From contig JAYZEG010000089.1 in NCBI GenBank assembly GCA_036337435.1, positions 1 through 60,497 on the forward strand: a stretch of DNA of 60,497 nt, in the 5' to 3' direction. Both the position numbers and the translations under genes were made by a program. Shown piece after piece: positions 9,215 through 18,712 of the stretch. The first letter of the stretch is position 1; each line of letters opens with the position of its first letter. The stretch is from Myxococcota bacterium. GTDB taxonomy: Bacteria; Myxococcota_A; Bradymonadia; UBA7976; UBA1532. The notes under the pieces are model-generated. The model made no database searches. It was given only the letters and a program-made list of their open reading frames with translations, and was not told the DNA's origin.

Positions 9215-10618
9215 ATGACTGATAAAGTCCTCGTAGTCGACGATGAAGAAAGTCTCCGTACCGTACTCGGCATGTTGCTACGACGCCAGGGGTATGAGGT
9301 CACCACCGTCTGTGATGGTGAGGAGGCCTTAGAAGCGTTGTCAACGCAGGCATATAGCGTGCTGCTCACCGATTTACGGATGCCCAACCTGGACGGACTT
9401 GGACTGCTACGCCGAACGTTGGAGAACTGGCCTGAAATGCCAGTGATTATGCTCACGGCTCACGGCACCGTTGATACAGCGGTTGAAGCACTCAAAATGG
9501 GGGCTTTCGACTTTCTCTCTAAGGGGTGCGATAACGACGAGGTTCTGAAGATTGTGGGAAAAGCTGTCGCGACTCGGACGATGCGATTGGCAGAGCCAAG
9601 ACTTCAAGTCGTTCCAACGGCCACGGCACCGACAACTCGATTCGGTTTGATCGGTCAATCGGCTGCGATGCAGCAAGTTTTCAACATTGTAAATAGGGTG
9701 GCTAAGACGCCTTCAACCATTTTGATCACCGGTGAGAGCGGCACTGGGAAAGAACTGATCGCAAAAGCATTGCACAACCATTCCGGTCGAGCTGACGCCC
9801 CTTTTATTCGGGTTAATTGTGCGGCAATCCCCGATACATTAATCGAGTCTGAATTGTTCGGTTACGAAAAAGGGGCTTTTACCGGGGCAACATCCAGTAA
9901 GCCTGGCCGATTCGAACTGGCGAACGGCGGAACACTCTTCCTCGATGAGATCGGTGAAATTTCTACCGAGATGCAGGTCAAGCTCTTGCGAGCCATACAG
10001 GAAAGTGAATTTGAACGCGTTGGTGGAATCAAGACCATCGAGGTCGACGTACGCCTCATTACGGCGACCAATCGCGACTTGCATGCACAGGTTCAGGCCG
10101 GTCAGTTCCGGGAGGACTTGTTCTATCGTCTCAATGTTGTCCCCATTAAGTTGCCGGCCTTGCGTGAACGCATCGAAGACATTTCTTTATTGGCACGGCA
10201 CATTCTTGGCAAGTTTGCAAAGCGTCTAGGCCAATCCGAAAGGCAATTGGCGAGCGATGCGCTGGACGTCCTTTGTGCGTATAGCTGGCCGGGTAATATT
10301 CGAGAATTAGAAAATGTTCTTGAGCGCACCTTACTCTTTTCCGAACGCGATCCAATCGGCTTAGATGATTTGCCCCTAGAGTTACAAAAAAACGCTGGGG
10401 CTCCGACAGACGGAGGGCTCGTGAATGTTTCGGGCAGCACAACAGATTTGAAAGAGGCCGTTCGAAATATTACCCGAAAGATCGAGAAGCAAATGATCGA
10501 AAGCGTTCTTCTAGAAACCGAGGGTAACGTGACTCAGGGCGCAAAGCGATTGGGTATTTCTCGCAAGAGTCTTCAAACCAAAATGAAAGAATTTGGCTTA
10601 CGGTCGTTGGAAGAGTGA
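9215..10618 (+). CDS. Sigma-54-dependent response regulator (NtrC/AtoC family)
   Basis: Receiver domain (VVDDE, TDLRMP), AAA+ with GESGTGKE, GAFTGA and FLDEI, WPGNIRELEN, and a C-terminal Fis-type HTH. Confidence 0.96.
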   Translation: MTDKVLVVDDEESLRTVLGMLLRRQGYEVTTVCDGEEALEALSTQAYSVLLTDLRMPNLDGLGLLRRTLENWPEMPVIMLTAHGTVDTAVEALKMGAFDFLSKGCDNDEVLKIVGKAVATRTMRLAEPRLQVVPTATAPTTRFGLIGQSAAMQQVFNIVNRVAKTPSTILITGESGTGKELIAKALHNHSGRADAPFIRVNCAAIPDTLIESELFGYEKGAFTGATSSKPGRFELANGGTLFLDEIGEISTEMQVKLLRAIQESEFERVGGIKTIEVDVRLITATNRDLHAQVQAGQFREDLFYRLNVVPIKLPALRERIEDISLLARHILGKFAKRLGQSERQLASDALDVLCAYSWPGNIRELENVLERTLLFSERDPIGLDDLPLELQKNAGAPTDGGLVNVSGSTTDLKEAVRNITRKIEKQMIESVLLETEGNVTQGAKRLGISRKSLQTKMKEFGLRSLEE

Positions 10619-10711
10619 CAAAGTCCATAAATTAGCCGTTAAGCAAGTTTACTCTGAACGCCTGCAAGGGTATCCTTCGTCGTCAGAGGTGCAGCTTAGG
10701 GAGAAGCTTTC

Positions 10712-12094
10712 ATGCTCCGGTCATTGAAATTTGGAACGCTGGTTGTTTTGGTCAGTGTCAGTACATTTTGGTCTACCCACTCGTTTGCTGCGGAGCGAGT
10801 CGATGTTATCGACGCTGCAGATGACGATGACCCATTTGACATGCGCGCGTCGGTGACCTACCGGCGTAGTTTAAGACGGGCAAAGATCACAAGAGAGTTT
10901 AATTGTGCCCAAGGTGAGTTTGCAGGAAGCGCATCCGGCCAAGACCCTTGCCCCTTTGCCCCGCCGGAGGGTCAATCTCTCAACGTCAAAGAATTAAGGT
11001 ATGAGCGGCTCATTCAAGAAGTGGTGCCCGAAGTCCGGATCGGTCTTTATAAAGATCTGGAACTGTTGATTGAAGCACCGGTTGTTTTATCGAATCAGCA
11101 AGAAATCCGTTTCGCCGGTAATGGAGGCAATCGAAACGGGGTGGTCATTACGCCCGAGAATAGCACGGTTGCGCCTGCCAACGGGGCAGACTTATTTTCC
11201 GTACCACCGGAGGGATTGCCCAACCGGGCTGGTTTCGGAGATATGCTATTCATGTTGCGGTATTCGCCTATCAGCCAGACGCGAGACCCGCAAAGGTCGA
11301 CGTGGACACTAGAAGCGGGGTATCGCGCGCCGACAGGTGCAATGATGGAAGCCGGCAATACAGCCGTCGGTCGAGGTGTTCACGAGGTGATCTTGGCGAC
11401 TTCTCTGTCCCGACGGTTTCGGTATGTCGACCCATATGCGCGATTTGAATACGTCATGCCCTTTGCGGCCTCAGGGTCGCGTTTCAAGAAGTATGGCGCA
11501 GCACAGCAATACGTCGGACCTGGAGACCGTATGAAATTCGAGCTGGGCACCGAGATATCACCCTATGAAAATCCCGAGACCGGAGCGAAGGTGTATGTTG
11601 ACCTTGGGTTCAGTGCCATGTACCAAGCTGAGGGTCGTGATTACTCAGAGCTATTCGATGCCATTGGGATGGCCAATACACCATGTCCGGACCCAACTGG
11701 ACCGCGAACCGATTCCAGAGGTCTTCCCAATCAAGCTTGCTTCAACCCCAATAGTCAGAGTCAAGCGGCAACGGGGGCTCATGATGGGATCACGACAGTC
11801 GAGCAATTTATCGCAGTCAGAGCCCACCTCGGCGGGGGCGTCTACGTATCAGAACACGCCAAACTGAGTCTAAACCTCAGTCTAGCTCATGAAACAGAGC
11901 ACTATCTAAGTAACGCGGACGTAGGCCGCGACTTGGACGGCTCGGGTCTTGTAGAAGCGCGCGGTCAAGCGAATTTTAATCCCAATGAACACAATCCGAC
12001 GTTTTCAGCCGCTATCGATGCACCGGGTCGCCGCCTGAGAGTCGAAGAGAAGACCATTTTCAATGTAGGTGTGACTTTATCTCTCATGCTCTAA
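10712..12094 (+). CDS. Secreted protein, probable outer-membrane beta-barrel of unknown function
   Basis: Signal peptide ending SFA. Many alternating amphipathic strands (WTLEAGYRAPTG, YARFEYVMPF, VYVDLGFSAMY) and a final strand FNVGVTLSLML. Confidence 0.6.
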   Translation: MLRSLKFGTLVVLVSVSTFWSTHSFAAERVDVIDAADDDDPFDMRASVTYRRSLRRAKITREFNCAQGEFAGSASGQDPCPFAPPEGQSLNVKELRYERLIQEVVPEVRIGLYKDLELLIEAPVVLSNQQEIRFAGNGGNRNGVVITPENSTVAPANGADLFSVPPEGLPNRAGFGDMLFMLRYSPISQTRDPQRSTWTLEAGYRAPTGAMMEAGNTAVGRGVHEVILATSLSRRFRYVDPYARFEYVMPFAASGSRFKKYGAAQQYVGPGDRMKFELGTEISPYENPETGAKVYVDLGFSAMYQAEGRDYSELFDAIGMANTPCPDPTGPRTDSRGLPNQACFNPNSQSQAATGAHDGITTVEQFIAVRAHLGGGVYVSEHAKLSLNLSLAHETEHYLSNADVGRDLDGSGLVEARGQANFNPNEHNPTFSAAIDAPGRRLRVEEKTIFNVGVTLSLML

Positions 12095-12114
12095 ATGGGT
12101 TACCACCAAGGAAA

Positions 12115-12298
12115 TGATACTCATTGCTTTGGCCTCTGGGCGTTCTGGGGCTTCTACCTCGGACCCACCTGAACTCGCGTTAGACCTCGGCCCTGGTCCA
12201 TTGGAGCCCATCGCCACGAGCAATTCTGGTCGACTACGCTGCGTGCGCAGCCCAGACCATCGTGCGGACGGCTTGGCCCAAAGGAGTGGGTTGTGTCA
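12115..12298 (+). ncRNA. Candidate structured RNA (unassigned)
   Basis: GC-rich (~62% by hand count) gap between convergent genes. The two ends are complementary (TGATAC/GTGTCA, CTTTGG/CCAAAG) and two internal arms can form. No family recognised. Confidence 0.25.
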
Positions 12299-12336
12299 GA
12301 AAATTGGTCGCTGGAGGCAGGTCTCGTGCGTGATTG

Positions 12337-13224
12337 TTACGCCAACTTACCGACCAAAACGTCAACAGCGACCGCAGCGAATAGCAAGGTCAGGTAGATG
12401 AGAGAGTACAAAAAGATGCCCCGCGCCCACTTGCTTTGATCGGCGGAGCGAAAGCCTTTTGCCGCTTTCCAGACAAAGCCTGCACCAAGAGCGGCAGAAC
12501 AGACCAAATAGACATAGCCCGTGACGTTGAGCGGCACGAGTAGGAAACTGAAGGGCACGAGAACGGCCGTCCAAAAGAAGATCTGCTTCGTGGCACTGCT
12601 CCAGCCGTTGACGGCCGCTACGGTGCGGATCCCCGCCCGCTGGTACTCTTGGTCTCTGTACATCGAGATGGCGATAAAATGCGGCAGCTGCCAGATAAAC
12701 ATGATGCCGAACAGGACCAGCCCTGGCCATTCGATCTGTCCTTGCACAGCCGTCCAGCCGAGGAGAGGCGGCATTGCACCGGGCACGGCACCCACCCAGA
12801 GTGCCCAAGGGCTAATCTGTTTCATCGGTGTGTAAATCCACACATAAGACACCAGCGCGATAGCTGCCAGAAGGCCCGTGACCGGATTAACCCCGAAAGT
12901 GAGCACTGGAACCGATATCAAGGCGAGTGCCAGTCCGTAAAACAAGGCTGTTTTCGGCAGCATTCGACCGGCCGGCAGGGGTCGCGCCTTCGTCCGCGCC
13001 ATGAATTTGTCCGAATCGCGTTCGATGTAACAGTTTAAGGTGTTGGCCGCCGCTACCACGAGAGCGGTTCCGATGACTGCGAGACTGATCGCTGACCAGT
13101 TCACCTCGCCCGGTGCGAGCCAGACTCCGGCGAGCATCGTAAAGACCGACAGCATGGTGATGCTCGGCTTCGCGAGTGCAGCGAGGTCTCTCGCGAAATT
13201 GTGGCTCCGTGTAGTTGCGCTCAT
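12337..13224 (-). CDS. cyoE: Protoheme IX farnesyltransferase (heme O synthase)
   Basis: NCYIERDSDKFMARTKARPLPAG, YTPMKQ, GAVPGAMPPLLGW and WQLPHF motifs; polytopic membrane protein. Confidence 0.95.
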   Translation of the reverse strand: MSATTRSHNFARDLAALAKPSITMLSVFTMLAGVWLAPGEVNWSAISLAVIGTALVVAAANTLNCYIERDSDKFMARTKARPLPAGRMLPKTALFYGLALALISVPVLTFGVNPVTGLLAAIALVSYVWIYTPMKQISPWALWVGAVPGAMPPLLGWTAVQGQIEWPGLVLFGIMFIWQLPHFIAISMYRDQEYQRAGIRTVAAVNGWSSATKQIFFWTAVLVPFSFLLVPLNVTGYVYLVCSAALGAGFVWKAAKGFRSADQSKWARGIFLYSLIYLTLLFAAVAVDVLVGKLA

Positions 13225-13329
13225 TTGTCCCCGGTTTGACTCCGCACAATGCGGCTATTTTAACTCTGCGTGGTTTAGCGCCAAGGTTATCTAAAGTCAA
13301 TTGCGCAAAGTCGATAGTCGCTTCTACGG

Positions 13330-14199
13330 TCAACCCGTCGCTGGCGGGATGGTATCACCAGAGGGTGCGCGGAGTGGTGGGGTTAATTCTCCTGTCACTG
13401 ATTCGTGACCGTCAACTGGTGATTTTACCATGAGAGTCAGATCATCCGATGTACATAGGTGAGGTGAGTCCGACCCCTGATTACCGAGCAAAACACGATT
13501 CCGGCGTTCTTCAAAGTCGGCCGTATCGGCCAGACCTAACGCTTGCGGCCGGCCCGGTCGCGTAATTGGTGATTGCCCGTTTCCAAAGTGGGATGCAAAT
13601 TCGGCTGAGTCATCACCGATTCCAGAAAACCCATGGCCTTTTGCTGCATAGAGATGGGTTGACCTTGGCACTGCGGTCGGACCGCATGCGTCTTCATCGA
13701 CGATTTCAGTCAGACTCGGCGATTCGCCCATCCAAATGGTTTCGATTCGTTTTGGTAGGGGAATGTCTGCGAAACGGGTTAAGGCCTCCCACAAATCGAT
13801 CTCTGAACCAACATAAAGCCTGTAGCCACCTCCGACCGTGGCCCTAATTTGGTTCAATTCATGTGCCATGAGCGACGGGACGACCAAGACCGGTCGGCCT
13901 CCCAGTTCTCGTGATGGAATGACGGGGTATCGCTTAAGAATGTCTCGTTTGATTCGAGCGAGTGCTTCCAGATCGGGCGCATCGATATATTCCGATCGCG
14001 CGACGGGTAAGCCGATGGTATTGGCGGCTCGCTCGAGGACGAAAGCACGCTCTTCATGATCGAGTACAGCAAACTCAAGAACAGCTGTATCGAGGCCTCC
14101 ACCGAATTGAGCGTGCCGGGCACGGGCGCGACCCACACTATCGGGGCCTAGAATGCCCGCATCGAGTAAGCGTTCCCAAAATTCATCAATTCCACCCAT
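13330..14199 (-). CDS. MshEN/T2SSE_N-like domain protein with disordered C-terminus
   Basis: LLDAGIL...GGGLDTAVLE...PDLEALARIKRDILKRYPVIP resembles the GspE/PilB N-terminal domain; no ATPase domain. Confidence 0.6.
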   Translation of the reverse strand: MGGIDEFWERLLDAGILGPDSVGRARARHAQFGGGLDTAVLEFAVLDHEERAFVLERAANTIGLPVARSEYIDAPDLEALARIKRDILKRYPVIPSRELGGRPVLVVPSLMAHELNQIRATVGGGYRLYVGSEIDLWEALTRFADIPLPKRIETIWMGESPSLTEIVDEDACGPTAVPRSTHLYAAKGHGFSGIGDDSAEFASHFGNGQSPITRPGRPQALGLADTADFEERRNRVLLGNQGSDSPHLCTSDDLTLMVKSPVDGHESVTGELTPPLRAPSGDTIPPATG

Positions 14200-14350
14200 G
14201 GCGCACCTCAGAGAAAGCCAATTTCGATGTAATTGTATAACCTACATGTCGTTTCCGTCAAAAAAAGTACGGGCTTTTGCATTGAATTCTGCTGACGATT
14301 GCCAATCGATGAGCAACAGCCACCTGGACCGCTGCGATCGGCATTTACGG

Positions 14351-15070
14351 TTAGAAATGCCCAAACTTACTCAGGAGTAAGGTCGCCGCAACAGGCGCGG
14401 CTGTCTCGGTGCGTAAAACCAATCCGCCAAGGGACACTATGGCTGCGTCTGCGTCGCGAAGTATGGCTAACTCGCCTTGACTAAATCCGCCTTCAGGACC
14501 AACAAAAGCCGCGACCGGCCCTTCCCATGTGAGGTCTTTAAAGCCCATGACGCCTGTCGGATCAAAAACTACGCAGGGGGTCTTGTTCAAGCTCTCAATG
14601 GCTTTCCTGACCGACATTGGCCCAGAGATCTGAAGCGTATCGCAGCGACCACTTTGGCGGGCAGCCTCATCAGCAATCCGTCTCAAACGTTCACGTTTTT
14701 TCTCTGCGCGCGGACCATGGATTTTTGCAACCGAGCGGTCGCATTCCATCAAGAGTAGGTGTCCGATACCAAGCTCCGTAAGCTGTCGGGTGACACGGTC
14801 CAGTTTGTCTCCCTTTGGAAGGCCATAACAAATGGTAATCGGAACCCCCGTCAATCCTTTCTTTGGAACAGACACCGGCTGGAGGGCAAATCCATCCGGG
14901 GTGGAGACAAGCTCGGCGAGACATTCATGACCGGTGCCATCGAACGCGTTGACTGCGTCTCCGGGGCTCAGTCGATGAACCCGGAGCAAATAATGCTTAA
15001 GCTCGGCTCTCAGTTCCCACGGGCCTGGCCTTTGAAAAGTTCCGTCTGGTATTTTACAACGAACGGGCAC
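14351..15070 (-). CDS. rsmE: 16S rRNA m3U1498 methyltransferase
   Basis: HYLLRVHRL, KGDKLD...LTELG, AARQSGR, VGPEGGFS and LRTETAA motifs. GTG start at 15070 inferred. Confidence 0.93.
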   Translation of the reverse strand: MPVRCKIPDGTFQRPGPWELRAELKHYLLRVHRLSPGDAVNAFDGTGHECLAELVSTPDGFALQPVSVPKKGLTGVPITICYGLPKGDKLDRVTRQLTELGIGHLLLMECDRSVAKIHGPRAEKKRERLRRIADEAARQSGRCDTLQISGPMSVRKAIESLNKTPCVVFDPTGVMGFKDLTWEGPVAAFVGPEGGFSQGELAILRDADAAIVSLGGLVLRTETAAPVAATLLLSKFGHF

Positions 15071-15071
15071 G

Positions 15072-15920
15072 TTACACTCTCTGCAACCGGAGGATTTGCC
15101 ACTCGCCCCGAGTTCGATGCTCAACAATGTGCCACCCTTTGTAGGCAGCGCATATTGCGTCGAGGTGCTGTTCTAATAGGCCACTCAAAATCAAGTCACC
15201 ATCACAGCAGGCCGAGATAGCGGCAGCCTCTGCCACAAGAATCGGGGCCAGAATATTGGCGACAACCACTGGGTACGTTCGGTTGCATATGGCTGCCCCA
15301 CCGTGGCGAACAGAAATGACTTGGCCTACATCGTTGAGAGCAATGTTATCCCTTGCGTTGCCTAATGCTTCGTTATCAATGTCGATGGCATCGACGCGAT
15401 GACCGAGCAGTGCTGCAGCAATACTCAAGACAGCTGAACCACACCCTACGTCTAAGACCTCGCATGGGGCTTTCTCACGGAGCAGCTGCCATAAAGTAAT
15501 GAGGCAACCTTGGGTCGTTTCATGAGTCCCTGTGCCGAAGGCTTGTCCAGGTTCGATGTGGATTGCAGCCTCGACGTCCGGCTTCTTTTCCCAGGGAGGT
15601 CCCACCCACAAATCGGGCGTCAGGTGTTGGCCTTTGAAGAACGCTTTCCAACCATCGCGCCAGCTTTCATCCTGACTGGATGTTGTCTCAACATCAACAT
15701 GGGCCAATCCGATGGGGTCCAGTGCATCACGAATCGTCTGAGCGATGGCATCATCTGGCTGTTGGTCGAAGGCAATCACGATTTCGGCCTGATGATGAGA
15801 GGCGGACATTGTCATTGGATCTCTCACTTCGACAGGGTGGTCCAAGGCTTCAGCAATGAACCAAGCTGCCGTGTCCGAAAGCTCAAAATCACAATGAAAC
15901 CTTATTTTCCACCAACTCAT
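15072..15920 (-). CDS. prmA: Ribosomal protein L11 methyltransferase
   Basis: IEPGQAFGTGTHETT, VLDVGCGSAVLSIAA, VVANILA and LILSGLL motifs. Confidence 0.94.
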   Translation of the reverse strand: MSWWKIRFHCDFELSDTAAWFIAEALDHPVEVRDPMTMSASHHQAEIVIAFDQQPDDAIAQTIRDALDPIGLAHVDVETTSSQDESWRDGWKAFFKGQHLTPDLWVGPPWEKKPDVEAAIHIEPGQAFGTGTHETTQGCLITLWQLLREKAPCEVLDVGCGSAVLSIAAALLGHRVDAIDIDNEALGNARDNIALNDVGQVISVRHGGAAICNRTYPVVVANILAPILVAEAAAISACCDGDLILSGLLEQHLDAICAAYKGWHIVEHRTRGEWQILRLQRV

Positions 15921-18484
15921 CGCGGATTATCTCTCAATTCATTGCTCTTTTTGCTAACCGCCATACCAATGACTCGGATGACTGTGGCGTCTTTGTTGAA
16001 CAACTTGCCGGCAACCCGTTGGACGTCTGCTGGTGACACACCATCGCTCGTCGTTCTCCAATTCTGAACAGCTCGGCGCGTGACATATCCGGACCCATAC
16101 TGGATCTGTTTCGAGAGCCAGCGACTGAGATGCTTCGGCGAGGATAAAATCAAGCCTCCCCGTCCGACGTACGCACCACGCGCAGCCAAAAAAACATCGC
16201 GATCGAGGGGCGTTTTGACGAGTTTCAAGCTGTTTCTTGACAAGGTTTTGTCGATTGGGTCTCGACGCCCTGAATACGCGACATTGATGACAAGATAGCA
16301 ACTGTCCCGCTGCTCCTTAACGGATACCGTATAGTGCGTTTGACCCGTTCGTTTGGCCGTACCTGCCTGGTTCAGTGAGCGACTGAGTATTTCTGCGAGC
16401 ACGTGCATTGTTGCCCGGGCAACATTTGATGGCCGTTCGTATCGATAGAGTACGGCCATACGTGGTGTATCCGTCGTAACGACACTGACATTTGATGTTT
16501 TATTTGGCTTCGATGGAGAGACCAAGTCCGTGAGAGAATGCCGCTGGTGAGACTGACTTTCGATGGTATCTTTAACAATGCCAAGCATACGTTTTCGATG
16601 TATGGGCCCGGTGATTGCAATGGTCTTGGGTGCGTCCTGGACGTAGCGTCCAAACCAAGCTCGAACACGTGCAGGTGTTATATTGCGCACGGCACTGCGA
16701 ACGCGGCCGAAGCCTGGCGCAAACCATCCCTCGACTCGCTGTAATACTCGATTTACTTCGAATTGGAACCGCCAGGTCGCTTGGCTCGTGCTGGTATCTA
16801 GATTGGCCAGAACTTGTTGACGTGCAGCCTCAAAATCATCGACAGACCACCGGTGCCATGACTGGAATGCGCTCTTGACCTGCAGCAACTTTTCGGTGAT
16901 GTCGGCTGGGGTAGAGAGCAAGGTAATGTCGATGCTCTCTGGGTGAACCAAGACCTCGGCTGAGGGGATCGATGAAGCAAGCATGGCAGCTGCCATTCGG
17001 GCGGCACCTGCGTGGGTTTGGACCGCCTGGCGAGTCCCACCCGCAAGGCTCACATGGATGGCGATAACATCTTGGTCGGGCACTGAACGCAGAACCAATT
17101 TCGTTCCAGATGAAATGTCGAGCACACCGTCTTTAGCATCGTTCCCCAGCCTGGCTAGATGATCTTTAGCGCGCTCTCGGAGTGTCTCTGCGTAAAGAGA
17201 TGATGAAGCAGACTTTTGCTTGGACGGGATGAGAAGCAGTCCGGACAGCCCATGACCGCTCGTCACTTCCTCGATTAAGCGCTCATCGGACTCGTGGGTC
17301 AATTGACCAAGGGCTTTGTTCCATGTCGTTGAGGCCCTTGGGTCTGCCGGCCAGCGATACTGCACGGTGGCTTTGGCTCGGCCACGGTCGATTGCTATGG
17401 ACCGTGTTCGGGTCAATTTAGATTCCAGTGCCGCTAAAGCTCGTGCGAATTCGCTTCGTGTGGCCGCACCTTGTCGAAGGTCCACGATGGTTTTGAAAAG
17501 TACGTTCCAGAGGCTATCGATGGTTTTTTCACCACAATGAGCCGACACAATCAGTCGGGCGTCTTGTGTGGGCGCATAAATAAAGGCGCGTATATCTCCG
17601 CAATTGAGAGCGCGTATCCGTATCCGTTTTTCGAGTCTGTCCTTCAAGACTGCGGCAAGTAGGTCGGCTCGGGCCGCAGTTTCCGGAGATTCAATTGTAA
17701 TAGGCATGGCGATACTGATTTCAGCAGGCCCGGCGGCGACCGCATGAACCTCAACGGTCAGGGTTCGGTCGCCTGCTGTTGGCTTTGGCGTCGCGGCCTC
17801 AAGATTCGTCGGTGAGGGGTCTCCGAAAGTGTCTATGAGCCACTCTTTAATCTGTTGATGATGACTTTGATCTGCGATGACGACGGCGCGTGCCATCTCT
17901 GGCTGATAGCGCAGCTTTTTGAGAATGCTAATGTCTTTGGGATCCAATTGGCGACGGTATCGGACTGGGGCTTGTCCAAGTTGAAGACCCGAGTAAGTCA
18001 GGCCTAACAAGGGGGCAAGAGCTTGCTCTCGTCGCTGCTGAAACGCGAGTGGCTTTGGTGAGAACACATGTTCTGTTTGATTGCGAAGTGCCCGAGAGAC
18101 CAGCTCCAGGCAAGCACCAATTTGAGTCGTCTCCGCTCTAAGGGCAAGGGCAGAAAAGGTGGGTTCAACCCAAGCCTCGCTGAAGCAACCTTCTCGCTGC
18201 AACGCATCGACCAATGGGTCGCCTTGCACGAGCAGGCCGTTGATGACGGCATCTGCAATCCCTCGATTATCTTTCGTTTCATCGATACTGCCGAATCTAA
18301 AAGTGACCAGAATGGTTGCCACTGAGCCACGCGCCAGATGGTCGAACACAAAGCGACTCTGCACCGACGGCATCGCTGAATCCGTTGCCCGAGCATGGTC
18401 TGGCGTCCACTGCCGACTGCCGCAGCCGACATTGAGGCAAGATAGGAGGAGCAGCCCTTTCACAATTTGACTGACATCAATCAT
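15917..18484 (-). CDS. M16 (insulinase)-fold lipoprotein, apparently catalytically inactive
   Basis: Lipobox-like LNVGC. Two M16-like halves (FRFGSIDE...GIA; LAGG...AGAARMAAAML; YQPEMARAVVIAD; VSPADVQRVAGKLF). HxxEH absent. Start at ATG 18484 inferred. Confidence 0.65.
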   Translation of the reverse strand: MIDVSQIVKGLLLLSCLNVGCGSRQWTPDHARATDSAMPSVQSRFVFDHLARGSVATILVTFRFGSIDETKDNRGIADAVINGLLVQGDPLVDALQREGCFSEAWVEPTFSALALRAETTQIGACLELVSRALRNQTEHVFSPKPLAFQQRREQALAPLLGLTYSGLQLGQAPVRYRRQLDPKDISILKKLRYQPEMARAVVIADQSHHQQIKEWLIDTFGDPSPTNLEAATPKPTAGDRTLTVEVHAVAAGPAEISIAMPITIESPETAARADLLAAVLKDRLEKRIRIRALNCGDIRAFIYAPTQDARLIVSAHCGEKTIDSLWNVLFKTIVDLRQGAATRSEFARALAALESKLTRTRSIAIDRGRAKATVQYRWPADPRASTTWNKALGQLTHESDERLIEEVTSGHGLSGLLLIPSKQKSASSSLYAETLRERAKDHLARLGNDAKDGVLDISSGTKLVLRSVPDQDVIAIHVSLAGGTRQAVQTHAGAARMAAAMLASSIPSAEVLVHPESIDITLLSTPADITEKLLQVKSAFQSWHRWSVDDFEAARQQVLANLDTSTSQATWRFQFEVNRVLQRVEGWFAPGFGRVRSAVRNITPARVRAWFGRYVQDAPKTIAITGPIHRKRMLGIVKDTIESQSHQRHSLTDLVSPSKPNKTSNVSVVTTDTPRMAVLYRYERPSNVARATMHVLAEILSRSLNQAGTAKRTGQTHYTVSVKEQRDSCYLVINVAYSGRRDPIDKTLSRNSLKLVKTPLDRDVFLAARGAYVGRGGLILSSPKHLSRWLSKQIQYGSGYVTRRAVQNWRTTSDGVSPADVQRVAGKLFNKDATVIRVIGMAVSKKSNELRDNPR

Positions 18485-18712
18485 TTCGAAGCCGAAAGTA
18501 ACCATCACGGGCAAGAACTGCAACGGGCTTACTCGATGGAGTGGGTGATTCGATGAGGATGTTCGAATGACAATACTTGCTCATTGCCGTTCGAATCATT
18601 GCATTGGGCCGATTCGAGGGCTCGCTTTGTTCCGCAGATATTTACAACAATTGGTGCAGTTGAGAGCCGTTCGATGTAGATTGAGGACGGGGCTAATTCG
18701 AGGTGTAACTTG

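Noticed and set aside
12095..12200. ATG directly after the upstream TAA, in-frame TGA at 12170 and a small GACC/GGTC hairpin 10 nt later, suggesting a possible selenoprotein
   Set aside because: The stem is only 4 bp, the read-through product is not protein-like and runs antisense into cyoE, and there is no redox motif around the TGA.
12114..12401. 95-aa plus-strand ORF in the gap before cyoE
   Set aside because: No recognisable motif, it overlaps the cyoE 3' end, and its composition is atypical.
14227..14247. ATGTA-N11-TACAT inverted repeat upstream of the MshEN-like gene
   Set aside because: A single short palindrome with no matching known consensus; could be chance.
18524..18710. Six TTCGA occurrences in the divergent intergenic region
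   Set aside because: Spacing is irregular and TCGA is frequent throughout the window; not an iteron or CRISPR-like array.
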